Shown: positions 1-8,134 of the stretch, one piece after another
Layout of the letters: each line of letters begins with the position of its first letter
Position numbering within the stretch: the first letter of the stretch is position 1
Assembly (NCBI GenBank): GCA_963713045.1
Contig: CAVQKE010000003.1
Coordinates: 1,366,412-1,430,411 of the forward strand
Direction: 5' to 3'
Source of the DNA: an uncultured delta proteobacterium
GTDB taxonomy: Bacteria; Myxococcota; Myxococcia; Myxococcales; Myxococcaceae
Length of the DNA stretch: 64,000 nucleotides
Program-made: the position numbers and the translations under genes
The notes under the pieces: generated by a model
Seen by the model: only the letters and a program-made list of their open reading frames with translations
What the model was told of the DNA's origin: nothing
Databases searched by the model: none

Positions 1-6
1 TCGGGC

Positions 7-612
7 ATGGGTACGTATTTACCCGAGGCATTTCGCCTCGAAGACCGCCCCACGCTGCTGGCCCACGCGGCGGCCCACCCGTTCGCAACCGTCGTCACGC
101 ATGGCGAGGGCGGCCTTTCGGTAAGCCACCTGCCGCTTCTGGTGGATGCACAGCGTGGCGTCCTCCGGGGACACCTCGCCCGGGCGAACCCTCAGCTTGC
201 AGATTTTTCGGCAGGCCTTGAAGCGCTGGCCATCTTTCATGGCCCCCACGCCTACGTGTCTCCATCAGTTTATGTGGAGCACCCCAGCGTCCCGACATGG
301 AACTACGCGGTGGTTCACATTCGAGGGGCGGCCAAATTGCTCGACGAACCAGCCCTCCGAAAACTGCTGGACGACCTGGTTGCGCACTTTGACCGTACCG
401 GTTGGCGGCTGGAGGCACCTGAGGAATATGTCCAGTCGGCGCTGGCTGCCATCGCCGGTTTCGAAATCCCCATCCAGCAATTGGAAGGAAAGTGGAAGCT
501 GAGTCAAAACCGCTCCCTGGCCGACCAGCAGCGCGTGGCCGCCTGGCTGGAAGGCGGAGACGAAGCGAGCCGAGCAGTCGCCGCCTTAATGCACTTGCGC
601 CTGTTGCCGTAG
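7..612 (+). CDS. paiB: FMN-binding negative transcriptional regulator (PaiB family)
   Basis: Typical PaiB motifs: YLPEAF, SHLPLL, GHLARANPQ, GPHAYVSPS..VPTWNYAVVH, KWKLSQNR. Confidence 0.9.
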   Translation: MGTYLPEAFRLEDRPTLLAHAAAHPFATVVTHGEGGLSVSHLPLLVDAQRGVLRGHLARANPQLADFSAGLEALAIFHGPHAYVSPSVYVEHPSVPTWNYAVVHIRGAAKLLDEPALRKLLDDLVAHFDRTGWRLEAPEEYVQSALAAIAGFEIPIQQLEGKWKLSQNRSLADQQRVAAWLEGGDEASRAVAALMHLRLLP

Positions 613-902
613 CAGGACTGGCATTCCGGCATACACCGGCAGCACCAAGGCGGCTCCAACGGCAAGGCGACCTTCTACTTGCCATCACGCAACAGCCGCG
701 GCCCTTGCCTTGTTGAATGGTGCGCCATGTCCACCTGAAACGGTTGCACAGTTCCCGGACCGCTCGGATTTCTTCACTTGTCACATGCTTCATGCGTGTG
801 CTTCAGCTACCTCCAGAACATTCGCCAGCGTCTTGACGGACGTCGCAGAGACCCATCGGCGAATGCCGGCCGAGATGGGGGCCGCGGACCACTGAGGAAA
901 GA

Positions 903-1877
903 ATGTCGGAAAGGGAACTGCGCCGTGGCGACCTGGTCGAAGTCCGGAGTCCTGCAGAGATTCTGGCCACCTTGGACGAGCGGGGCGACCTGGACGGGTT
1001 GCCCTTCATGCCAGAGATGGCCGCCTACTGCGGTCAACGTTTCACGGTCGCGGCACGAGCAGAGAAGGTTTGTGACTCGGTCGATTTCAGCGGCAGTCGC
1101 CGGCTGCCCCACGCCGTCCTGCTGGAGGACCTGCGCTGCGACGGGAGTGGGCACGACGGCTGTCAGGCCGAGTGCCGGCTGTTTTGGAAGGAGGCTTGGC
1201 TGAATCGGGTTTCTGCGGACGCGCCAACTCCTGCGCCCTTCCCGGAACAGGACCGTTCGGCACTTCTTGAACGGGCCTCGCGACAGGTCCGTTCCATGCA
1301 GCGCATCGACAACAAAGAAGCACTGCGCTACCGCTGCCAGGCAACCGAACTTCCCCACTATACGCAGCACTTGAGGACCTTCGACCCGCGTCCCTACGTA
1401 CGCGAGCTGACGTCAGGCAACGTTGGATTGGCTCGCTTCGTGCGCATCATGGCACGTGCCGTCGTCGAGGAGCCGCAGGTGAAGCTGGGATTGATGCCGA
1501 GCGTCTATCTTTCGGGGACGGCCCAAAGGGGCGAAACCTTCGAGGCACTCAACCTCCAAGTGGGCGAGCTGGTTCGCGTTAAGTCGAAGGAGGAGATTGC
1601 GAAGACGCTGGACCCCCGCGGAATGAACAAGGGCCTACGGTTCGACCGCGAAATGCTTCCCTTCTGCGGTCAGGTCTTCAAAGTTCGCCAGCGCGTGGTG
1701 CGCTTCATTGACGAACCGAAGAGCTTGATGGTGGTGCTGAAAAACGATGCCATCCTCCTCGACGGCGCCTACTGCATGGGCGAACTCAATCCAAGGAGGT
1801 GGTTTTGTCCTCGCGGCATCTACGCCTTCTGGCGGGAATGCTGGCTCGAGCGTGTCGAGCAGAAGCCGCTCAGCTGA
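903..1877 (+). CDS. Uncharacterised protein with two tandem Cys-containing repeats
   Basis: 324-aa ORF preceded by GAGGA. Internal repeat: LRRGDLVEVRSPAEILATLDERGDLDGLPFMPEMAAYCGQRFTV ~ LQVGELVRVKSKEEIAKTLDPRGMNKGLRFDREMLPFCGQVFKV. The units end FWKEAWLNRV / FWRECWLERV. Confidence 0.85.
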   Translation: MSERELRRGDLVEVRSPAEILATLDERGDLDGLPFMPEMAAYCGQRFTVAARAEKVCDSVDFSGSRRLPHAVLLEDLRCDGSGHDGCQAECRLFWKEAWLNRVSADAPTPAPFPEQDRSALLERASRQVRSMQRIDNKEALRYRCQATELPHYTQHLRTFDPRPYVRELTSGNVGLARFVRIMARAVVEEPQVKLGLMPSVYLSGTAQRGETFEALNLQVGELVRVKSKEEIAKTLDPRGMNKGLRFDREMLPFCGQVFKVRQRVVRFIDEPKSLMVVLKNDAILLDGAYCMGELNPRRWFCPRGIYAFWRECWLERVEQKPLS

Positions 1878-1935
1878 CAGTTTGACGCTGTCAGCCGTGC
1901 GCAAGGCTCGTCTTGCAACAGGAGAAGTCACCCGG

Positions 1936-1970
1936 GGCCCTGGGGGCTTCAGTGCCAGCCCCCCTTGGCC
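1936..1970. terminator. GC-rich hairpin between convergent genes (possible terminator)
   Basis: Inverted repeat GGCC..GGGGGCT-N8-AGCCCCC..GGCC between the stop of 903-1877(+) and the stop of 1981-2133(-). No clear U-tract. Confidence 0.35.
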
Positions 1971-1980
1971 GCGTGATGCC

Positions 1981-2133
1981 TTATTCGGCGAGGACGCCTC
2001 GCGGCCGAACTGGCACTTCTAGCTTCCGCACCGTCACCTTGAACTCGGCCTCGTCCTTGGAAGCCTCAGTCGTGTCATCGACTGGATTCTCCCGCGGGAC
2101 CTCAGCGTCCTTCAGCGTGTCTTCGTTCGTCAT
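1981..2133 (-). CDS. 50-aa peptide with acidic N-part and basic C-terminal KVTVRKLEVPVRPRGVLAE; putative RiPP precursor/scaffold-like peptide
   Basis: ATG at 2133 with AGGGAGAG about 9 nt upstream. Sequence MTNEDTLKDAEVPRENPVDDTTEASKDEAEFKVTVRKLEVPVRPRGVLAE, TAA stop, hairpin downstream. Confidence 0.65.
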   Translation of the reverse strand: MTNEDTLKDAEVPRENPVDDTTEASKDEAEFKVTVRKLEVPVRPRGVLAE

Positions 2134-2341
2134 GGCTGCTCGCTCTCCCTGGTTGGATGCTTCAGTTGGTTTCGGGCCCCCTCCGGACGAGCTGACGCTT
2201 TGGGTGACTGGCGTCTGCGCAGCGCTCCGTCGCCCCCCTTCAACATCGTCCAGCCGTCTAGCACGCAGTCCCAAACCCGAAAATGGGGCGACCTTGACCC
2301 AGAGATTGACCCGAGAGAGTTAGTGAAATTTAAGGTGGCTC

Positions 2342-2599
2342 ATGACCGACGAGACAATCGCGCGCCGGCTACGCGAGCTTCTGGCGTACCATTCGGGTGC
2401 ACCGGAGGCGAGCTTGCGAGGCGATTCCACTCCGCAAAACACCGAGGGCTGGGACTCGTTGGCAAATCTCAACCTGATGGCTGCCATCGAGGACGAGTTT
2501 GGTGTCACCATTGCGACCCGAGACGTCATCAAACTGAAATCCCTCGGTGACATCGCCGCCTATGTCCAGGCCAATGCGGTGACGGGCCAGACTGGATGA
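2342..2599 (+). CDS. Acyl carrier protein (stand-alone)
   Basis: 85 aa, acidic, phosphopantetheine motif GWDSLANLNLMAAIEDEFGV. Confidence 0.9.
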   Translation: MTDETIARRLRELLAYHSGAPEASLRGDSTPQNTEGWDSLANLNLMAAIEDEFGVTIATRDVIKLKSLGDIAAYVQANAVTGQTG

Positions 2600-3312
2600 C
2601 GCTGGCCCGGATGCGCGAGGGACGAACATTCGAGCAGAAACAGGACGACTCGGCGGCGGAGAGAGTCTTCCAACTGGTCCGCAAGGCTGCCCACTCTCTG
2701 CGGCTTTCGCCAGTCCTGTCCGTCGAGCGTTGCATCGTGGTCGAGCTCCGGAATCCTCCCGTCGCGACCCGCGGTCTTTCGGATTTGGTCATCCGCCTCG
2801 CCCAGCCCGGAGACATTCCGGCGCTGGTCAAGCTCGACAACCGCGAAGCCGGGGTCTTGCAGGCTCGCCTAGACCGGGGTGACCTGATTTTCCTTGGGCA
2901 GCTCGACCAGGAAGTTGTCTGCTGCACCTGTTTTCACCGGGGACCGACGCCGTTTGACGACGAGCGCGACAGCATCGCGCGCTGGGCGCTGGACGACGCG
3001 ACGACGTATTGGTCCTACGACGCCATGGCACCACTCGCGATGCGCTCTGCGGGAGTGGTGGCCAAACTGTTCCAATTCGCCCTGCACGAGGTTTTCGACG
3101 TGCGTGGCGGGCGCCTGGTGCGCGGGTTCATCCACGACTGGAATCGACCCTCGCTCATGCTCCACCAGCGGCTGGGTTTCTCCGCCTCCGGCAGGGCGAC
3201 CGCCATCGCGATTCCTGGCCTAAAATGGCTGCGCTGGGAGAGTGGTGGCCTCACCCGCCAGTGGGTGCTTCCTCGCCACAGCGACTTTGCGTTGCCACCT
3301 GCCCAGACTTGA
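2596..3312 (+). CDS. GNAT-fold acyltransferase-like protein
   Basis: ATGA overlap with the ACP gene. IRLAQPGDIPAL, MRSAGVVAKLF, WNRPSLMLHQRLGF (GNAT motif A/B-like). Confidence 0.75.
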   Translation: MTLARMREGRTFEQKQDDSAAERVFQLVRKAAHSLRLSPVLSVERCIVVELRNPPVATRGLSDLVIRLAQPGDIPALVKLDNREAGVLQARLDRGDLIFLGQLDQEVVCCTCFHRGPTPFDDERDSIARWALDDATTYWSYDAMAPLAMRSAGVVAKLFQFALHEVFDVRGGRLVRGFIHDWNRPSLMLHQRLGFSASGRATAIAIPGLKWLRWESGGLTRQWVLPRHSDFALPPAQT

Positions 3313-3320
3313 GGGCCGTC

Positions 3321-4928
3321 ATGTTGGAATCGACAGAGATTCAAAGCCCCTCAGGGCGCAAACAGGCCATCTACTTCGGAGCCGAAGGACGGCCGCTGTT
3401 CGGCTTTTACCATCCACCCCACGAAGGCCCCTGGCGCGGGGTCGGCGTCGTCCTGTGTCCCCCCATCGGCACCGACCGGACCCGCTCGGACCGCGCCTAC
3501 CGGCACCTGGCTGAGCGACTGGCAGAGGCAGGCTTCGCCTGCCTGCGGTTTGACCTTTTCGGGACCGGTGATTCCGGTGGCGACGAAACTGCACCGTCGC
3601 TGGTGCGCGCCTGGCTCGACGACGTCGGACTGGCGGTGGAGGAAGTCCGGAAGCGTTCTGGGGCGCCGACGGTTTCACTGGTGGGGCTGCGGCTGGGGGC
3701 CACGCTGGCCATGGTCCATGCTGCGGAAAGCGCCGACGTGGACTCGCTGGTGCTGTGGAGCCCCTACGTCTCGGGAGCCGCCTTTGTCAGTGAGGTCACC
3801 AAGCTCCACAAGCTGTACCTACGCATCGACCCCGAGCTGGCCGACGCGGTGCCTCCCCAAACCGAGGGTGACGAGGCGCTGGGCATGCTGCTTCCGAAAG
3901 CGCTCATCACCGAGTTGTCGAACATTGAGTTGCTGAAGACCACCCGCCGGCCGGCTCGACGGGTCCTCTTCATCGACGGGGGAAACGTCCAGGGCCGCGA
4001 CGCTCTGATGGCCCGCCTCGGCGAGCTGGGCGCGGCGCCCGAGCTGCGCTCCCACCCAGGGCATAAGTTCCTCATCACCGTCTCGCACCGCGCGGCTTTG
4101 CCGGATGAAGTCCTCGACTCCATCGTCGGCTGGTTGAAGGACGCCTACCCGCGCAGCGTCCCGTCACGGACCCCCGCGCCGCCGGCGCCGATGCCCTCGC
4201 CCGCGGGTGAGCGCCCCCTCCGCGTTGGGGAGCAGCATCCCCTCTTCGGCATCCTCACCCCGGCCAACCCCGAGCGGGCTCGGCCAAACCGGCCCTCCAT
4301 TGTCATCCTCAACGCCGGCTGCGTGAACCGCTCCGGCCTGCATCGGATGCACGTCCGGATGGCGCGCCGCTGGGCGCAGGTCGGCTTCGACGTGCTGCGG
4401 GTCGACCTCTCCGGCATCGGGGACAGCCCGGTCTCGCCGGGCGCAAAAGAGAACCTGACCTATCCCCCCACCGGATTGGAGGACATCGCCGACATCCTTC
4501 GCGGCCTTCCTTCCAAACGCGTGGTGGTGGTGGGTCATTGTTCGGGCGGCGACTACGCTTTCCAAGTCGGCGCCCGCGAGGCAAACGTGGCCGGCGTCTA
4601 CATTCTCAACCCGCGGACCTTCTGCGTTCTTGACCTCACCGCCGTCGAGGGTGGCGAGGGCGCGCCGGTGACCGACTCGGTCGAGGACGTGCCGCGCAAC
4701 TTGCGCCGCATGTCCGAGCGGGGGGTGAGGACGCTGCTGTTGGTCAGTCGCAATGACCCAGGCGTCGCTTACGTCGACGCCCATGCCGCAGACGCGATGG
4801 GGGGGTTGAGCGCGGTGAACGGCTTCCAGCGCATCAACATCTCCGGCGCGGACCACGCTTTCACCCCGGTCGACGCGCAGAAGCGGGTGAGCGACCTTTT
4901 GACAGAGCACCTTCTCGCTTACCACTAG
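3321..4928 (+). CDS. Tandem (two-domain) alpha/beta-hydrolase, resembling fused exosortase-system-associated hydrolase 2 + hydrolase 1
   Basis: Domain 1: LRFDLFGTGDSGG and elbow GLRLGA. Domain 2: RVDLSGIGDS, elbow GHCSGG and C-terminal GADHAF. Start set at ATG 3321 (MLESTE), after the GNAT stop. Confidence 0.85.
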   Translation: MLESTEIQSPSGRKQAIYFGAEGRPLFGFYHPPHEGPWRGVGVVLCPPIGTDRTRSDRAYRHLAERLAEAGFACLRFDLFGTGDSGGDETAPSLVRAWLDDVGLAVEEVRKRSGAPTVSLVGLRLGATLAMVHAAESADVDSLVLWSPYVSGAAFVSEVTKLHKLYLRIDPELADAVPPQTEGDEALGMLLPKALITELSNIELLKTTRRPARRVLFIDGGNVQGRDALMARLGELGAAPELRSHPGHKFLITVSHRAALPDEVLDSIVGWLKDAYPRSVPSRTPAPPAPMPSPAGERPLRVGEQHPLFGILTPANPERARPNRPSIVILNAGCVNRSGLHRMHVRMARRWAQVGFDVLRVDLSGIGDSPVSPGAKENLTYPPTGLEDIADILRGLPSKRVVVVGHCSGGDYAFQVGAREANVAGVYILNPRTFCVLDLTAVEGGEGAPVTDSVEDVPRNLRRMSERGVRTLLLVSRNDPGVAYVDAHAADAMGGLSAVNGFQRINISGADHAFTPVDAQKRVSDLLTEHLLAYH

Positions 4929-4954
4929 CGGTGGCGGTGAGGCCGGGGCAGTCC

Positions 4955-6097
4955 CTAGTCGAAGCGGCGCCCCAAGAGGCCCTTGACGTGACTCATCCCG
5001 CCATTTTGCGCCCAGGAGTAGAGGCCCAAAGCAGCTCGCGAAGACAGGCGCGGCTTGACGGACACGGCTCGGTAGTAGAGGGGCATCTCCGGGCCCCAGC
5101 GCGACTTGGAGACGTCGGCGCCCATCGAGAGGTGGACCCGGGAGATTCCGGAGTCGATTGCATACTTAACGGCCTCCGCCACAATCGTCGTTCCCACGCT
5201 GTACTTGCTCCAGGCGGGGTCAAATCCCGAGTAGTAGAGGTAGAGACAGTTGGGGAGCAGAAAGCCGACCCGGCTCGCCACCGGGACGCCCCCGACGCGA
5301 AGCGTGAAGACGCGTGCCATGTTGCCACTGGCGAAGCGCGAGGAGACCAGCATCAGGAATCGCCGCGCGGTTGAGTCTGCGAATCGGTCCGGGTGCGAGA
5401 CGCCGTCGCCGGCCTTGGCCCGAGCCGCATGCAAGTCGAAGAAAATCTCGAGTGCCGAGGAAATCTGCTCTGGCGTGGCAGCGACGTCGAGATGAGGGGT
5501 CAGTCCGTCGCGTTTGAGCGAGTTGAAGCAGTGCCGGAGCGACTCCTTGATGTTGTGCTTCAGTCCGCCTCGAAACACTGCCCAGCTCGGGGCAAGCTGC
5601 AAGATGTTCCCCGGCTGATGGCCCTCCCAGCGCAACTCCATCATTTTCCCCAGCGTCTTGGCGAAGTCGCTCTCTGGGTTCAGCCCCTCCCAAGCAATCC
5701 AGTCCCAGCAACGGTCGCGGTTCAAATCCGCAGCCAGGGCCCTCGCCACCTCACTCTCCCAAGCGCGGTCCACGATGGGAGCTCTCTGCTCGGTGACGTA
5801 GTTGTCAGCGCCGAGAAACGCGATGCTCCGCATGCGAGCGGGGCCCATCGCAGGACGCTCGGTCACCATCAACGGCACGACGGCAACCAATTCCCCTGAC
5901 TCGCGCCGCACCGCTTTCACCCACAAGCTGTCCCGGATGACCGGCCGCTCTTGCTTGAAGAGCTCCCACCAGCTGGCAACCCAGTCCGGCCACAGGAACG
6001 GAAGGTCGGCATTGATGCTTCCAAGCAATCCGAGCCACTCCTGCCGCAGGCAGTGAAGCTCCTCGACGCTGGTGAGGGTAGAGACGCTGAGGTCCAT
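4955..6097 (-). CDS. GNAT family protein, CelD/BcsL-like (Acetyltransf_6)
   Basis: LPFLWPDWVASWW, LYLYYSGFDPAWSKYSVGTTIV, GADVSKSRWG. Start could extend to 6136. Confidence 0.85.
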   Translation of the reverse strand: MDLSVSTLTSVEELHCLRQEWLGLLGSINADLPFLWPDWVASWWELFKQERPVIRDSLWVKAVRRESGELVAVVPLMVTERPAMGPARMRSIAFLGADNYVTEQRAPIVDRAWESEVARALAADLNRDRCWDWIAWEGLNPESDFAKTLGKMMELRWEGHQPGNILQLAPSWAVFRGGLKHNIKESLRHCFNSLKRDGLTPHLDVAATPEQISSALEIFFDLHAARAKAGDGVSHPDRFADSTARRFLMLVSSRFASGNMARVFTLRVGGVPVASRVGFLLPNCLYLYYSGFDPAWSKYSVGTTIVAEAVKYAIDSGISRVHLSMGADVSKSRWGPEMPLYYRAVSVKPRLSSRAALGLYSWAQNGGMSHVKGLLGRRFD

Positions 6098-6275
6098 GAG
6101 GACGCAGGAGGACGATTCGCCTCGGAAAGCGGGCACTGCCCGCTAGCAGTCCAGGCGAACTTGGTCAAACCCCGACTGGGAGAGAGATTCTCACGAGCGG
6201 CGTATCGAAACGGACCCACCCCGCGGCCGTCCCTCGTCGTGGACTGCGACTCGGCTTGGCGCCGTCAAAGCGGCG

Positions 6276-7883
6276 TTACGTGGAATTGGACTGAGTCACT
6301 TCTGACAGCGGCTGCCTCAAAGCGCCCCCGTCCGAAACACTGCCGTTCTTCTGCAAGAATCTCGAATCCTCTGGCCTGGTCCGGGGCCAGGCGCCACGGG
6401 AGATGCAGATTTTACCAACCAGCGCATAGCCGGCGGCAACATTGAAGATTGAACCCCAGTGTCCGAACCCGAGGTCGCCATAGCCCTGGACCACGTAGCA
6501 AATCTGCGCCGCGGCGGCTCCCAAGGCGGTCACCCGTTCCACTGGCGTCCGCGCCCAGTGGTAAGCACGGAGGGTGAAGAAGAGGCCCACCGGGAACACC
6601 ATCCACAGCAGCGAGAAGCCGACCAGACCGCCGAACGCCCACAGGCCGAGGACGCTGTTGTGGGGAACGTAGGGCTCAAGCTCATAGACAGCAGTGACGT
6701 CGGGAAGCTTGATGCGCTCCACCGCCGGATGGCCGAAGCCGGACCCGAAGATGGGGTTGTCGCGGAAGGTGAAGACGAGATTGAAGTTCTCCAAGTCTCG
6801 CCACACCGTCGAGGCGTTGGCCGTGGAACCCACATTCGTAGCCACCAACGAGCGAATGGTCTGCACTGGCCGAAAGAAACCGGACTCAGAGTTCCAGCCC
6901 ACTGCCGAATAGACGAGAAGCGGCAACACCGAGGCCAGACCCAGCCGCGCGACTTGTACCTTCAGCCTTCCCCACGGGGTGACCAACCAGAAGAGGAGAG
7001 CCACCAGCCCAACCTCCATCCAGACCAGGCGCCGGTTGTTGGCGACCATGGCCCACAGGTAGACGGGAGAAAGCAGCAGGAACAGCGACAGCGACCGCCG
7101 ATTGGACCGTTCCACGACGGCGGCCGCGAGAATCGCCAAACAGGTGGCAAAAAGAACCGAGTCACCATGCGTCGTCGCGTGCGGCATGACGTCGAACGAC
7201 GGGAACGTGAGGCGAAGTGCAATGGCCTCAATGGCTTTGAAGAGTCCGACCCCCAGGACAACGCGACCGACCATCAGCGCGTCTTGGGTCCCCCGTAACC
7301 CCTGCCGCATGAAGGCGTAGAGGATGGGAAGGTAGAGCCACTTGATGGACTGCCAGAGGACAAAGCGAAAGCTCCCGCCCTGTGCCAGCCCATATGCGGA
7401 GAGCCACAGTGTGGCCAGGAAGGAGAGCCAGGCGAAGGCTCCGATGGGAGCGGGGGTCCCCACCCAGCCGGTTCGGTCGATGGGCAAGCGCTTGGTATGT
7501 CGATAGACCACGGCGGCGAAGAGCAACAGCGCGACGACGTCGAAGCCGGAAAACACCATCGCCGGGACCGGGAAGACGGTGTTGAGCTTCATCCAAAGAA
7601 GCCGCCCCATCATCGGCCAGGGTGGGTGGACCAAACCGGAGCCGAAGATTTGGGAGGGAGGGTCGAACGCCCACGCCGCGGCGAGGAGACCCAGCAGTGA
7701 GACACGAAGCGGAAGAAACCACATGGCCCACATCAGCGCTGGGGCGAGCGCCAGTGCCAGGTCGCCGTTCCCGCCGATGATGACTGCCGCCGTCACCAGG
7801 CAGACCACCAACAGCATTCGGTAATCGACGGCGTGGCCCGTCACCGCAAGGGCTCCATCGAGGCTGGGCCGTCCGCCGTGCAT
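6276..7883 (-). CDS. wzy: Exopolysaccharide repeat-unit polymerase (Wzy / O-antigen ligase-like)
   Basis: Multiple TM segments. ANNRRLVW, WRDLENFNL, GSGFGHP, PHNSVLGLW (Wzy_C-type HN motif). eps-like context. Confidence 0.8.
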   Translation of the reverse strand: MHGGRPSLDGALAVTGHAVDYRMLLVVCLVTAAVIIGGNGDLALALAPALMWAMWFLPLRVSLLGLLAAAWAFDPPSQIFGSGLVHPPWPMMGRLLWMKLNTVFPVPAMVFSGFDVVALLLFAAVVYRHTKRLPIDRTGWVGTPAPIGAFAWLSFLATLWLSAYGLAQGGSFRFVLWQSIKWLYLPILYAFMRQGLRGTQDALMVGRVVLGVGLFKAIEAIALRLTFPSFDVMPHATTHGDSVLFATCLAILAAAVVERSNRRSLSLFLLLSPVYLWAMVANNRRLVWMEVGLVALLFWLVTPWGRLKVQVARLGLASVLPLLVYSAVGWNSESGFFRPVQTIRSLVATNVGSTANASTVWRDLENFNLVFTFRDNPIFGSGFGHPAVERIKLPDVTAVYELEPYVPHNSVLGLWAFGGLVGFSLLWMVFPVGLFFTLRAYHWARTPVERVTALGAAAAQICYVVQGYGDLGFGHWGSIFNVAAGYALVGKICISRGAWPRTRPEDSRFLQKNGSVSDGGALRQPLSEVTQSNST

Positions 7884-7887
7884 CGCG

Positions 7888-8058
7888 TCAGAGCAACCGG
7901 GGGTAAATGAAGTAAAGAAAAATGGCGTAACCGACATCGGCGAGCAAGACGTAGACCATCAGCGACATGAAGGCACGACGGGGGTTCTTCTCCCGCGCAA
8001 CCGCCACCGGCACCAGGAAGGTGGCAAACAGAATGGACGAGAGGAGGAGCCGAACCAC
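7888..8058 (-). CDS. Small 56-aa two-TM membrane protein
   Basis: GTG start. MVRLLLSSILFATFLVPVAVAREKNPRRAFMSLMVYVLLADVGYAIFLYFIYPRLL, two hydrophobic helices with a basic loop. Stop lies 4 nt before the wzy start. Confidence 0.7.
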   Translation of the reverse strand: MVRLLLSSILFATFLVPVAVAREKNPRRAFMSLMVYVLLADVGYAIFLYFIYPRLL

Positions 8059-8134
8059 AGGGCGGCGATGATAGCCTGCCCTCTGCAAGGACGGGCGTTT
8101 GGCGGCCGTCGCCGGCGACCGCCCAGGAGCAAAG

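Noticed and set aside
613..902. Possible ncRNA/riboswitch in intergenic regions (also 29701-30325 and 40116-40722)
   Set aside because: No recognisable RNA family motif by eye. An Rfam/Infernal search would be needed.
3009..3320. N-terminal extension of the 639-aa hydrolase ORF
   Set aside because: It overlaps the GNAT gene out of frame and reads as Arg/Pro-rich junk. ATG 3321 fits the operon spacing.
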